From Macrostomum lignano (taxonomy: Eukaryota): a stretch of 64,000 bases of DNA. Location: assembly GCA_002269645.1 (NCBI GenBank), contig NIVC01000634.1:1-64000 (forward strand), written 5' to 3'. Position numbers and translations under genes: made by a program. Each line of letters opens with the position of its first letter. Within the stretch, counting starts at the first letter, position 1. Positions 1-12,778 of the stretch are shown in pieces. A model generated the notes under the pieces. It saw nothing but the letters and a program-made list of their open reading frames with translations, was not told where the DNA came from and made no database searches.

Positions 1-1138
1 GCCTTGACTTGCATAAGCCACACTGCCTATCTTTTGACTTAATTAGCAATTTCTAGATGTTTTTATGGGTTTGTCCAAATTGGTAAGCCACCTTTCAAAT
101 ATGAAATAGATATCATAGCTTCAATTTTGCCTATAGCCCACCATTGCTTAGCATCTATCATCTGCCAAACCATTTTTAAATATGAGAGTAAATGATGTGT
201 GCATATAAAAACTGAGTTAGAGCTTTAACTTGCCTATCACTCCTGTCATTCATGTATAGTTCATATTCATACTTAAATCAACTGATTATATATTGTATGC
301 CCCTGTGGTATAGAGAGTAAATTGCACAAATTGCAAATAAGATCTAAGAGAAATTGCTGAACACAAAGGATAGTGACTTTTCAATGTTGCTAAGTATAAG
401 TTGTGGGACAGCACCTTTACCATATCCATTTTTCAGGGTAAAATTTCAAAATTTAGAGTTATATAATGTACATGTACACTCTACACACAAAAAACCCAGG
501 GTCTCATTCTTAAGGGTTTGTTTTCCTAATCTCAAGGGTTATTCCTATGTTCTTACTTACTACTTAAATGATTTCCATAGAAGTAGACACTAGCCCTGAG
601 GCTGAGTATCAATTTTGTCTTTGACTCTAAAAAGAATAGCTAGAGATAAAAACTCAAATGGTCAATAGAAGAAATAAGTATAAAAAGAAAAGTGAGTTTA
701 TTTAACTTAGCTTGTAGTTGGCTCCTATTTATACAAAAGTATAAAATATATTTAATGTTTATACAATATAACAGTAGTACAATTTTTAAAAATGCAAATT
801 TCTAAGAAAACAAGAAAATAGAATCAAAGCCTATTACATATAATATATATAACATACCATATGCTTGTCTTTTAGGCTATGTTATGTTATAAGGCATATA
901 GTGTTATTTTGTCTATTGTCTTTTTGACACAACTTGAAAATAGACATAATGACTTTGAAAACAAAAAGCAATCTGTGACTTACTTTTTGACAAAAGTGCA
1001 ACTTATCTATGAAAAAAGTGGTAAAGAAACTGGTAGCAAAAAACAGCAAGCAATTTGCAATATTCTATTATTATTATTAAATTACTTATATCAAATTCTA
1101 AAATGCATGAGATTATAGATATTTTTATTACATACATG

Positions 1139-1290
1139 CGCAACTTCGGGAATCACCCAGCCGTTTCTATTGGCAACACACATGTAAGTCGCTATTGGCT
1201 GAGAGCAGTCACGTGACTACTTTTCTGTCCAATAGCGACTTACATGTGTGTGTTGCCAATAGAAACGGCCGAGTGAATCCCAAGGTTGCG
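1139..1290. promoter_or_regulatory. 152-bp palindromic (hairpin) element upstream of domino; promoter cassette or MITE
   Basis: Arms 1139-1198 and 1229-1290 are near-perfect reverse complements (gccgtttctattggcaacacacatgtaagtcgctattgg / ccaatagcgacttacatgtgtgtgttgccaatagaaacggc). A perfect 12-bp palindrome AGTCACGTGACT (E-box core) lies at 1207-1218, and four CCAAT/ATTGG boxes are placed symmetrically. It sits about 410 bp upstream of the ATG at 1699. Confidence 0.75.
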
Positions 1291-1698
1291 CCTAAGCATG
1301 ATAGATAACGACTTAATAAGATAGAGATATACTAAAAGTAAATTTTCTAATTGAAATTGAAAACAGAATTTGCTACTTTCCAAAATCTAATTTTAGAAAA
1401 AAATTGTATAACCAAGGTTGGTTGTTTACTGTCAAAATTGACTGCTCAAGAAAAACCAGATACATGCATATTACATATATAGCATAATGTATTAATCATG
1501 GCTTTATTACTTGAAATCCAATGGCAATGCTAGAGAATTTCGTAAAAAAATATTCTGTCGAGCAGCAGCAGTTCACTGGCGCAGCAATTGGCCAACAATC
1601 AGCGGTGGCGCTTGCTTATCTGACGGCGCCAACCGTCTCTCCCTCGTCTCTTGGAAAATTAATCCTCTAAGTCGTTTGTCGGGGCGCAGTTCGGTGCG

Positions 1699-4600
1699 AT
1701 GTCAGCGGCGCCACCTCCATCTAGCGGCAGTGGCGGCGCGAAGCCTAAGCGATCGTCAATTGGTGCCGCCGCCTCGCCAGCGCCTGTGGATGCCAAACGG
1801 GCTCGGCTGGCTGCGCCTGTTGCGCCCAGTTTAGTGGAGTTGCGCCGGGCCTACCACGATCACGTAGCCGAGCTCAGCTACCTTCAGGCTGGCAACAATC
1901 TATTAGACTATCTGCTGTGGCGTCAGTCCTGCCCAAAATCTCTCTTAGCCGCTTTGAAAGCCGAAGCGCTCGACGAAGACGATCGAAGATGGATTGGCGA
2001 GATGGAGAAGTCCGGGCGGTGCGCGAATTGTTTCCTCGGTAAAAATTTTTTGCTTCTTTATCGACATGCTATGAGGGGTCTCAATGAGTCAGTCTTTTTA
2101 GGTTTCGGGTTTTTAGAAATTTGATGATAGATTTTTTGAACTGCATTTCCAACAGAAAGCATACCGAAACTGTAAAGAAACACGATGGGAAATTATGTAT
2201 ATAAGTATGCCATCAGCCAGTTTCACGGCAGCTCCTAAAACCCCGGTTCCATTTCACCAGGCCAGCCACGGTGCCGCAGGAATGCGAGCAGGCGGCGACA
2301 ACAGGCAATCCTATTGTGAACTACCTGCAGCTGCCGAGGCGCAGCTCGCCGCCTTCTCAACAGCAGCGTCAGCTGAGGCGAACTTCGTCTCAGCAGTCCA
2401 GCCAGGCCTCTCCGCAGCCGTCTCTGGCGTCCCAGACTTCTTCATCTCCGACAAAACAGGAAAAAGAAGCAGAAATTGTTGACCAGGCGAAGCACGAGGC
2501 TCAGGTGATGCAGAAGGTGGCCGAGCTCAAAGCGGCCGGTCTTTGGTCCAGCAAGCGGCTGCCGAAATGCCTGGAGCCGCCCAGGCCCAAGTCGCACTGG
2601 GACTATTTGCTAGAAGAGATGCAATGGCTGGCCACGGATTTTATGCAAGAGAGAAAGTTTCGTCGCGTCTTTTCTCGCAAGGTAAGCATTAGGTTGAGAT
2701 ACTTTGATAAATATGAACTTTACTGCTTTCATTCTCGTGATTGACAAATCATTCCCAGATGTGCCTGATGGTTCAGCGACATTTCCGCGAAAAAGAGGAC
2801 AGAGAGCGGCGCCAGGAGAAGGAAGAATTTCATAATTTAAAGCGCATCGCCTCTCAGTGCGCCAGGATGGTGCGCGAGTGGTGGCTGGGAATTCAAAAGG
2901 TGAGGCAGCTCTGCGGCTAAAATGGTATACTCATACTCAAGTGAACTCATCGCGAGCTGCCGATTTATTGCGCGAACAGATTATTTCCTTAAAATCTGGA
3001 CCGTTAAGCAGCTCGCTACATTAGCACTTATTCTTTTTCACTGACACAGAAATTCGCTCTACCCGATGCGTCTGTGTTATAAATTAGAATTACATTGCTT
3101 CTATCGGCGCAAACTGTTTTAATAATGCCTATTTTTAACGAGAGAGATTGAATTAATCGCCAAACTTGGCTACCCGCAGTTCGTGGAGTTCAAGCACAGC
3201 AACAGGCTAGAGGAGAAGCGACGAAAAGCTCTCGACCTGCATTTAAACTTCATCGTTGACCAGACTGAAAAGTACTCGGAGTGGCTTGTCGAAGGCCTCA
3301 ACGCCGGTGGCGCCAGCAGTAGTGGAGGCGCCGGGTCCGTCGCCGGCAGAGATGACGAAGAATTCGTGCCGGCCGCATCGGATCTGGACGCCGACATGGA
3401 TGACGAGGAGACCATAGCCAAGGCCGAGGCTGAGGACTTGGCCGATACACAGGATGGCGACGACGAAATTGCCGCCCTGCAACGCGACATGGACCAGCCA
3501 ATGGAAGAGCTTCTGCGCAGCCTGCCGCCTGAGATTCTAGAGAAGCCGGCCAGTCTTCCGGGCTCGGAGGCTGGCACTGATGATGATAAAGACAAAGGCG
3601 ACACCGGCGACGAAGACAGCGAGTTTCGCATGGACTCCGACGACGCCGAGGCCGAGGATGTCGAAGATACAATCGCCGAAGAGGAGGCGGCTGTGGGCGG
3701 CAGCGGCGATGCCGGCGTCGAGGTCGACCAGCTGGCGGAGGAGGCCGAGCTGCCGCTTGAAGAGCTACTGAAACGCTATCGCGGCGCGTTCGAAGGAGGC
3801 CACAGCGAAGCCGACGAGGCGGCGTCTGTGGCAGAAAAAAGCGGCGGCGAAGACGGTACCGCCTCCGGCAAGTCTGGCGACGCCTCGGACAACACAGACG
3901 ACGAAGCCTCTGCAGGCGCCAAATCGGCCATTGCTGAGCTGGCCGAGATGGATGCCACTTCCGATACCGGCGACGCCAATGGCGAGGACGTCGAGGCGCA
4001 AAGGCGATGTCGGGAGAAGCTGGATGAAGGCTATCGGGAGCTGGCGGCTGAGGCGCTGTCCGCGCTGCCGAAGGGATTCACACTGAACTCCACTAAGATT
4101 AGCGTGCCTATTCCGCACCTGCTGCGCGGTGGCAGCCTTCGCGAGTACCAGATTGTTGGCCTCGATTGGCTGGCCACACTCTACGATAAGCGGCTTAATG
4201 GCATTCTTGCTGACGAAATGGGTCTTGGCAAAACCATCCAGACCATCGCCCTGCTGGCGCATCTGGCCTGCGACCGCGGTGTCTGGGGGCCGCATCTCAT
4301 TGTTGTGCCAACGAGCGTCATGCTCAACTGGGAGATGGAGTTCAAGAAGTGGTGCCCCGGCTTTAAGATTCTTACCTATTTCGGCTCTCTAAAAGAGCGC
4401 AAGGAGAAGCGCAAAGGCTGGACAAAGACGAACGCATTCCACGTGTGCATCACCTCTTACAAGTTAGCCATTCAGGATTCCCGCTGCTTCAAGCTCAAGA
4501 AATGGAAGTACCTGATTCTTGACGAGGCGCAGAACATCAAGAACTTCAAGTCGCAGCGCTGGCAGACGCTTCTGACATTCAACAGTCAGAGGCGCCTTCT

Positions 4601-7600
4601 ATTAACTGGAACGCCGTTGCAAAACTCCCTCATGGAGCTGTGGTCGCTAATGCATTTTCTAATGCCTCAAGTCTTTCAGTCTCACAGAGAGTTTCGCGAA
4701 TGGTTTGCCAACCCCCTCACCGGCATGGTGGAGGGCACACAGGAGTACAGCGACCAGCTGGTACGGCGACTTCACAAGGTGAGATAATTGGCTTGCTTGC
4801 ACTTTTTTCTAGCTAAGTATTACTGATCTGAAAACTATATAGGGTTATCATTTTACTTTCAAAACAGGTGTTGAGGCCTTTCCTTCTTCGGCGTTTGAAA
4901 AAGGACGTCGAGAAGCAGATGCCAAAGAAATACGAACACGTCGTCATGTGCCGACTGTCCAAGCGTCAGCGGTACCTCTACGACGACTTCATGTCGCGTG
5001 CGTCAACCAAGGAGACTCTGGCTAGCGGCCATTTCATGAGCGTCATCAATGTGCTAATGCAGCTGCGCAAGGTGTGCAACCACCCCAATCTGTTCGAGGA
5101 GCGGCCCACTGTGTCGCCGCTGCGTGTTGACCCAATTCGCATTGACGTGCCCGGCGATGTTCTCCGACTGCGAGACTACGATCCTATGCGCCAAGTTCTG
5201 CTGGAGACTCTGTGGCCAAACATGTGCGAGATGGAGCGCGACCTGCCCAGCTTCGTTGCCAGCCGGGTGGAACAGCTTCGACCGAAGCGTCCGCTAATTC
5301 AAGAGCTCGCAGACGATGCCGCACAGGATGCCGCAATTGGCAGTTCAAACGGCTCCTTCCCGGAGTCTGTGTTTAATTTTCGCGGCTTACCAGTGTCTCG
5401 CAAACCGTTTATCTCGCGAGCCACCCTCAAGGAGTCTAAGCTGGAATTGGCAAAGACAGCAGCACTGCCACCAGGTTTGTAAAGAAGTCAATTTTGCAAC
5501 AATCCTTATTGGTTTTCTTCCTTTTTACTTAATAAAAATGATCATCATCCACTTTAAATAAAGAATATTTCACAAACAAATATTTATATAGATTAGACAT
5601 TTATTATCGGTGGATAAGAATCCGTACTTTGCAAAAATCGCATATTATGTTTTTATTATAAAACCCGGCCTCCGAGGCTCCGACAGTCTCGATCCCGAAC
5701 AGATTCCTTCCTTAGGGTTGCTTTCATAAGACCGAAATTTCATAAAGCCGAGAGACACCTGCCTACCTACACAAGACCGAAATTTCACAATGCCGAAACC
5801 ACTGCATGGTCCTTCATAATCATAAGACCTAAATTTCACATCGTATAGAAAACTCAATATGCAAACCCTTCACAAGACCGAAACTTCATATGTCTGAACT
5901 TTTACATCATAGAAAAATTAATACAACAAGGACCATGCAGAATTTTCGGCGTTGTGAAATTTCGGTCTTTTGAAGGGCCTTGCATATTGAGTTTTCTACA
6001 GTGTGAAATGAGATGTTTCGGCGTTGTGAAATGTCGGTCTTATGAGGCTCCCCCCTTCCTTAGCCCATGCATTCATTAAGCAAATACACAGTCACGAACC
6101 CCTTTGTCGTGTCTGCCTCTTGTATCTTCTTTGCTTCTTTGCTTTTGACTTGAGGGGTCCCCGCGGCGCATTAAATGACTGTCTCTCCTCCCCACTGAGT
6201 GCACAACTTGTATGTACGCAAAAACACGCTGGGCCGGGGTTTGACTTCAAAAATCGATATTCCTTCTAGAATTTTCTACGCACCACCCACCCTCCCGTAC
6301 CCTATTCCAGCCCTGTGCTACTTGCCTTCTCATTGGCTGACACGCCTCTGTCACGCCCCTCTGGCGTGCACACCGCACAACCCCCCATGGTCCCTAGGTC
6401 TTGCCCTATATGAAATCACCGACTCGAAGCCCCACTGGCCCCTTCCCCTTTGCTTATCACACGAATACAGTGGGATTGTTCCAACTTCCAAATCCAAAGC
6501 ATTTATTTCATGCCGTATAGTTTGACTACTGACTGAAGCAGATTTCAGCGCTGAATAAAGACTTTGTCTTCTCAAGTTTTCTCCTTCTCAAATGAATACC
6601 TGAATAAAAATGGTTAAACGAAATTTCTGTCATCGACATCAATCCATGGCGCCAGTGGTAAGTGAAGTCCAACCACTTTTCGTGTTAAATTCCAATCTAG
6701 AAGCACAATTCGAATCTAGACCGAAATTGAAAGAAATATTGACTGCTACAGTTTACCCAGTATAAATTTTAAGACCTCCGTGCAGTCACACCCTTGTTAC
6801 TGAACAATTAAGTTATTGTTCTCAGTAATCGTTCTGTCGCGATTTGGCCGCACTCTGGTGTTTAGCAGTCAAAGATGATCCGGCTAAAAGTGAGAAACGT
6901 CTCTAGCAGATTTTACGAGTCGTTTTCGAACATTTAGCGACAGTTTTTCACACTAACGTTTTCTATGCTTAACATGACATGATTACTTGTTTCTCTTGGC
7001 TGACTAAGCTATATGCTATGCAGATTCCGAGATTTTATGATATTTTAATAGCATCCAGGAACAAACCATTTGATCTTGTTCTCTACTAAAGGTTTCCTCC
7101 CTCTCTCCTACTTCATTTGAAGGATCTCGGCCCCAGCCTGAGAAGGTTGACACCAGGCATCTATGCAAGAAGCTCGCCAGCAAGTATGCAATTGGTATGT
7201 AGACTTTTTCTTTTTTCTTATCAATTTTATTATAAAGCAAAACTAGAAACTTGGCCGTTTTCATTCGTGTGATTCCGACAATACGCGTATTCTCGGCATC
7301 GAATACGACAAATAGCAGCCAGTTATTTTACTGACTGTCTTTAATTAAACTGGCCTAACAGCAGCTGCTTTCATTATTTACGTGCTGTCGCCATTTTAAC
7401 CCGACTGTGCTGGCGGTGACAGCCCCGAGTAATGACACAATTATTGCAAATCCACCATCAGCAATAAATCTTTCTCATTGCTTTTGCCGCTCTTTCCGTT
7501 CTTCTCAACAGAAGCTCCCGTCGATCCCGACGCCCAGCTGCCAGACGGCATCCGGCAGATTCGGCAGCAGGCGCGCCACGATCGAGTCAGCTTGCTGGAC

Positions 7601-10600
7601 CGACTCAGCGATCGCCGATGCCAGTTCCAGCCGGTGTACGGCTGCGACCTGCTCGCCGCCGTCTCCATTTTCCGGCACCCGACAGAGCCGCACTCGGTGC
7701 TGCCCAGCTGGCGACGCGGCTGCTTGTGGACCAGCAGCACTCAGCGGACTCAGCCTCGTGCGCAGTCCTACTGTCTGATGCGCGGCCACCTCCACTGCCT
7801 TAAATCTCAGCTGAGAAAGTCCGATCCTCGCCTGCTGTTTGCCTCCACCAGCGGCCTGGAATGCCTCGTTAATCGGCCCGAGGATCGGCTGGTTGAGCTT
7901 CGCGATGTTATTGACAGGTGCGATTCTTCTATCCCTATTGTAATGTGAAATCCGAACTTGATTTCATTTTGAAATGATTATAAAATCCTGCAATTCAGAT
8001 ATTTAGCTGATGTCAAACCAAGACGATCTTAGCATGATCCCTGCTCTTGTCCACCTAAGATAGTAGGCCTTTGATTAATCAATTTCTAGTGATTTCTTTC
8101 ACCACTGCCTCATTGCAGATTTTGCTTCGCGGTGCCTCCCGTGCTGGCCGGCGAGCCGTTTCTCTCCTGCCCTTGGCAGCAGCGCCAAGTCGCTGTCGAG
8201 CGCGAATCTGCAATCCGCAGCCAGAGCAGCCGGTGCGACCTGTTGCACCCGATCGCCAGTCGCCAAGCGGTGCAGTTCCCAGACGGCCGGCTGATTCAGT
8301 ACGACTGCGGCAAGCTGCAGAGTCTGGATCTGCTGCTGAAACGACTAAAGCCCAAGGGCCACCGGGTGCTCATTTTCACCCAGATGGCGCGCATGCTGGA
8401 CATCCTAGAGCAGTTCCTGTCGCATCACGGCCACATCTACCTGCGGCTTGACGGCACAACTCGAGTTGAGCAGCGCCAGATTCTCATGGAAAGATTCAAT
8501 GCTGATAGCCGGATTTTTGTGTTCATTCTGAGCACTCGGTCTGGCGGCCTGGGCGTCAACCTCACCGGCGCCGATACTGTGGTGTTCTACGACTCGGACT
8601 GGAACCCCACCATGGATGCGCAGGCTCAGGATCGCTGCCATCGCATCGGCCAGACTAGGGATGTTCACATTTACAGGTGAGCAGGCCTAATGTCCTGTAA
8701 TAATGTAGCCTATTTCATTCATTGCCGTCTCCCGCTTCCGAGACTTCTACCAATTAACTCAGTTGGAATTCATCGGCTGAAAAGTGACGGCTAACATTAC
8801 ATATTAATTGTAGCAGAGTAAATTTTCCTATTCTTGCTCCATTTCTGTAATAATTCCAGGCAAGAATAGGCAGATGGCTTTGCAACAGTTGCTTTAAAAA
8901 CTATTTTAGTGTCAACAGTTCTGTGCTCTGTGTATCTTCTAAGCTAAACATAATAAACATTGCACATTACTATTTTATCCAGGCTGATCAGCGAGAAAAC
9001 AGTCGAAGAGAACATTCTGAAGAAAGCCAACCAGAAACGCTGGCTAAACGATGTCGCCATTGAGGGAGGCAACTTCACCGCCGCTTTCTTTCAACAGAAC
9101 ACCATCAAGGAGCTGTTTTCTGAACCGACTGGCCTGGATGACTTGGTTGCCAAGAAGAAGACGCGCCTGGCTGCTGCTGAGCAGGAGCAGCAGGCGGAAG
9201 CTGAGAGTCGGCCGGGTATCGAAACGGTAATTTATTAAAGTTCATCGCTTGTACTATTTATTAATTCTATTTGTTATGCGTGCATTTAGTTTTTATAAGG
9301 ATTAAAAACAAAACAGGTGAGCTTCCTAATAAAAGGGGCGAATCAAATGATCATTGATCGATAGGAATGAATAAGCTTTCTTGAACCTATAATCAGACTT
9401 GACATTTTAAATCAACTGCGATTTGCTTCTGACCGATCCGCACGAATCCCCGCTTAACCCACAGGCCCTCGAAGAGGTGGAAGACGAATCCGATCGGCAA
9501 GCAGCCGAGAAGGCCAAGAAAGAGACTGTCGAAGAGCTGGCCGAATTTGATGAAGACATTCCCTGGGATGAGAACGAAGCCCTGCTTCGGCAGCGCGAGC
9601 ATCGACTGGAGCGCAGGCTGGCCGCGTTAGAAAGCGAGGTTTGCTTTGCCTTAATGCGATTTTTGTGCTTTTATTCATTTCATTTGCTAAATAATGATAA
9701 ATCCAGGGGAGTTCAGAGTCACGGTTCTGAACCAATAACTCGTGTCTTTGCCGTGCTTAAGAATTCCGAGATTAAACTTCCATTCAGTGTGCGCTTTGAC
9801 CAAATGCTTGCAACTGCTGCTATTGCTTAATGTTCGAGTGTTGGAGGCCGTGACTGAAACAGTAAAATCAATTAGTTCGACAGGGCATTCATGATGAAGC
9901 TTATCGCTTGGCCAGTCTGCAACAAATTGCGCTGAAGTGGTGCTGCAATGCGCGCTGCTTAAAGCGGCGGGACCCCGCATTGATTTTTGGGCAGACTATG
10001 CTATTCAACTAAGCGGCTTATTAGCTGCGGTCTGATCTAGCCCTCTTGTACTGTAGCTTCCGTCTCAGTGTAATTAGAAATATTTTTATATTACTGCATA
10101 TTGCAGTCCTTTTATTATTAAAACTCCCCTCCTTTGCCAATTGCCAGCTGTCTTCTCTGGAGCGCTACGGCTTGAGCTTCATCGAATCCCATCAGGAGCT
10201 GATGATGAACTGGGAGCTTGAGCAGGCCGAGGTCAACATCGAGCAGTCCAAGCGCGAGTGGGAGCTGCAGCAGCTCAAGCAGCTTCGGCAGGAAGAGGAG
10301 CTGCGCGCCGAGCTGGAAGAAGACGACATGTTCATGTGCTACGGGGCCTACGACCCCGCCAGACAGGTACGGGAGCTTGCGCGCCAGATGGAGATCGAAG
10401 ATGCGGATCATGACTTAAGGGTTGGAGGGGAGGAAGCTGCGGTTTCGAACGCGTCGCCGGACCGCGGACGGACAGCGGACCGACTGGTGTCCAGTCTGGG
10501 AATTCGCCAGGTGCAGCTGGCTGACGATTCCACGGGTGCTGGCGTTGGTGCAGATGCGAACTCCACGCTAGCAGCGCGGCGACGAGCGAAAAAGATAAAG

Positions 10601-11260
10601 CGCCAACGGCGGGTGGCTGCCGAGACTGCGGCGCAGCAGAACCAATTGGCTTCTCCACTTCAGCAGGAGCAGCAGCGCCAGCAACTGTTCACTGAGGAGA
10701 GTCTGGTGATTGTCGATAATGAGACCAGCGAATCTGGGCCTCCAGTCCAGCTGCCAACGCTGCTCATGCGACAGCAGAAGCGCAAGGCTGATCCAACTGA
10801 GCGAAGCTTTCGGCTTTTCCCGCCAGCTGCTGCGCCGCCCATGACTCACGCCCCGCCGACAATCTCGCAGCCCCTACATTCATCGCATACCACAGCAACA
10901 CCAGCTTCATCTGCCGGCGTCACATTGCTGCAACCCCAATCTTCTGCTCGGCCGGTGACCCTCGTAACTCGCCAGATTGTTATTCCAAATGGCCAGGTCA
11001 TCCACCAGCAGTTTATCCAGCCGCGGTACCTGCAGCAGCAGTCTCACCAGGGCCAGGCTATACGACTGGTACCGGTTTCCCAGTCGCCATCTCAAACTCA
11101 AAATCTGGTGTTAATGCCGCAGTCTAAGCAGCAACAGCCGCAGCAGCAGCTAATCACACTGCATCGCTCTGTGCCGCAGCAAACTGTCCGCCTTGTCCCA
11201 GCTGCCCCCTCATCAGCCGCAGCTTCTCCCGGCTCTTTGGGATTTCAGAATCCGCGTTAA
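1699..11260 (+). CDS. dom: Domino/SRCAP/EP400-family SWR1-type chromatin-remodelling ATPase, short (DOM-B/SRCAP-like) isoform, ~1860 aa
   Basis: Phase-consistent GT-AG exons: 1699-2018, 2261-2681, 2759-2899, 3180-4778, 4868-5474, 7512-7917, 8119-8676, 8983-9226, 9465-9638, 10148-11260 (5583 nt). Motifs: N-terminal HVAELSYLQAGNNLLDYLLW block, HSA (KSHWDYLLEEMQWLATDF), Walker A GILADEMGLGKT, DEAQ box, split ATPase insertion, and HelicC (QAQDRCHRIGQTRDVHIYRL). The last exon reads through into a Q/P-rich tail ending at TAA 11258-11260; AATAAA is at 11775-11780. Confidence 0.95.
5720..6047. mobile_element. Foldback/MITE-like inverted-repeat element in domino intron 5
   Basis: The motif AAGACCGAAATTTCA occurs several times on + (about 5728, 5773, 5826, 5875) and as its reverse complement (about 5955-5969, 6028-6042). 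gaaaactcaatatgcaaacccttc (5849) is mirrored by gaagggccttgcatattgagttttc (5972). Confidence 0.65.
6045..6660 (+). mobile_element. Possible LTR remnant with PBS-like sequence
   Basis: In order: ATTGG box, TATA-like TATATGAA (6407), AATAAA (6554, 6603), then ...CA followed immediately by TGGCGCCAG (6647-6655). No second LTR and no gag/pol ORF were found. Confidence 0.2.
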
Positions 11261-12742
11261 TGTTTTATTTGGGCTGGGAATCCTTGGATAAATTAATTCA
11301 CTTAGTTGTATTGCATAATAAGTTTTATCACAGCGCTAATTTTGTTATTGCTTTATGGCATTAATTATCCAGAGTATCATATATACCAAAATATTAATAG
11401 CTTAGTACTGCTGATAATGGATCAAAAATTCAAAATTGCACCATAATTGTAGCGCTTTAGTGAAACAAAGGCCCGGCCAGCAAACTCGCAAACTAGGCAT
11501 GTGTTTATTTATAAATCATGCAACTTTGTAAACAAAACAGATTTCCCTGCTAAATTTACACGGAGCTGTCTGGCATTTCCTTAGTGAGGCGGCTAATTAA
11601 TTTACTGCAAGGACAACAAATGTGTGCAATGCGTGCACGGTTTTCATTCCTGATGTAGGCTAAGATTGCGTGTCCCCATTGCACAGTTTCTATTGCTTAA
11701 AAGTGATCAATCTGTCAATTCTCTGTGGACTTGTACATGCTTTCAATTTAACTGTTTGCCGTTGGAAAGTGCAAAATAAAAATGCGTATTGCATAAGTTA
11801 TTTTTCATGAAAAACCAGCCTGTGGCGGTGCAGTGGCCCGCTATGAACCGCGAGAAAATCAAAATGGCTTATTGGTTTATTCGTTTCAATCGTCTTTCTC
11901 CTACACAAGAAAGTAAAAGTGATTAATTAATGCCCGTGTGGATCGAAATTGTCGAGGGGCAATTATAATTTCATCGAAAAGCTATTCAAATTAAGCGGCC
12001 ACTTTCAGTTCCCGTTTTCCGAGCGCACAGACCGTAATAATACCTTGGTTATAATAGCGAGCCGCACGTCTTTCAAAATACGTCTAGAACCCAATATTAA
12101 AAAATACTAAATTCCCCATTCGCTTAGTTAATGCCTACTCGAAGTACTAAAGAAATGACTGTATTTGAAAGACGTTTGAATCGTTATAACCAATACAAAA
12201 ATGGACTTCGTAGCTAGCAAAATAATAGTTCGGCCAAATGATTTTGTGTTTGGCCAACGCTATTTTGCTTGCTGCTGTCTGCCAGAATTCTCGCTGCGCT
12301 TCGTGGCTGACACTGAATTGGTTCGCTGCAACAAGAAATGTCGACAATTGAAGTAGCGTGTGTACATGTAGCTCAAAATGATAATTAGCCTTGCACGGAA
12401 ATGAAACTTGGACTGGAAAGTATACTCCGAGCGTGTGAATTAATTTGTAGTCCATGAGCACAAAGTTTTAGAATTAAAAACGTTGGCATTAGGTGGTGAT
12501 GCATGAAAATATGCGCATCTTAGCTTGTAGGGCTGTATTTTTGTTTAGATAAAATTTTATTTGCAGCGACCCGCGCCAAAGGCGGTTGGTAATTTTAGAA
12601 ATTACAAAGTACATTCCGGCGGCAGAGCAGCTGCACCTATGAGTATATACTGAGTACAGATGTATTTCGCAGTTGTACTAATTAATACAGTGGAAAGTCT
12701 TCCTAAAGAATTCATTCCCTTCCAACTTTTAATTGCTTCTAG

Positions 12743-12778
12743 GTCTTCATCTTTAAGGATACTGGCGAGCTGCTTCCG
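12743..12778 (+). CDS. dom: 36-nt microexon (VFIFKDTGELLP) of the long Domino isoform
   Basis: Strong acceptor (ttttaattgcttctAG) and perfect donor (GTAAGT), phase 0-0. It joins ...YDPARQ (donor 10367) to IWHPLEL (acceptor 16022), restoring the spacing of the EP400/DOM-A block that precedes the WxP..D.Y.D motif. Confidence 0.75.

Noticed and set aside
9882-10044. Box C (ATGATGA 9891) / box D (CTGA 10032) pair with a 5-bp flanking stem in domino intron 9
   Set aside because: At about 145 nt it is long for a C/D snoRNA, the terminal stem is weak, and no rRNA target could be confirmed. An snoRNA covariance search would be needed to revive it.
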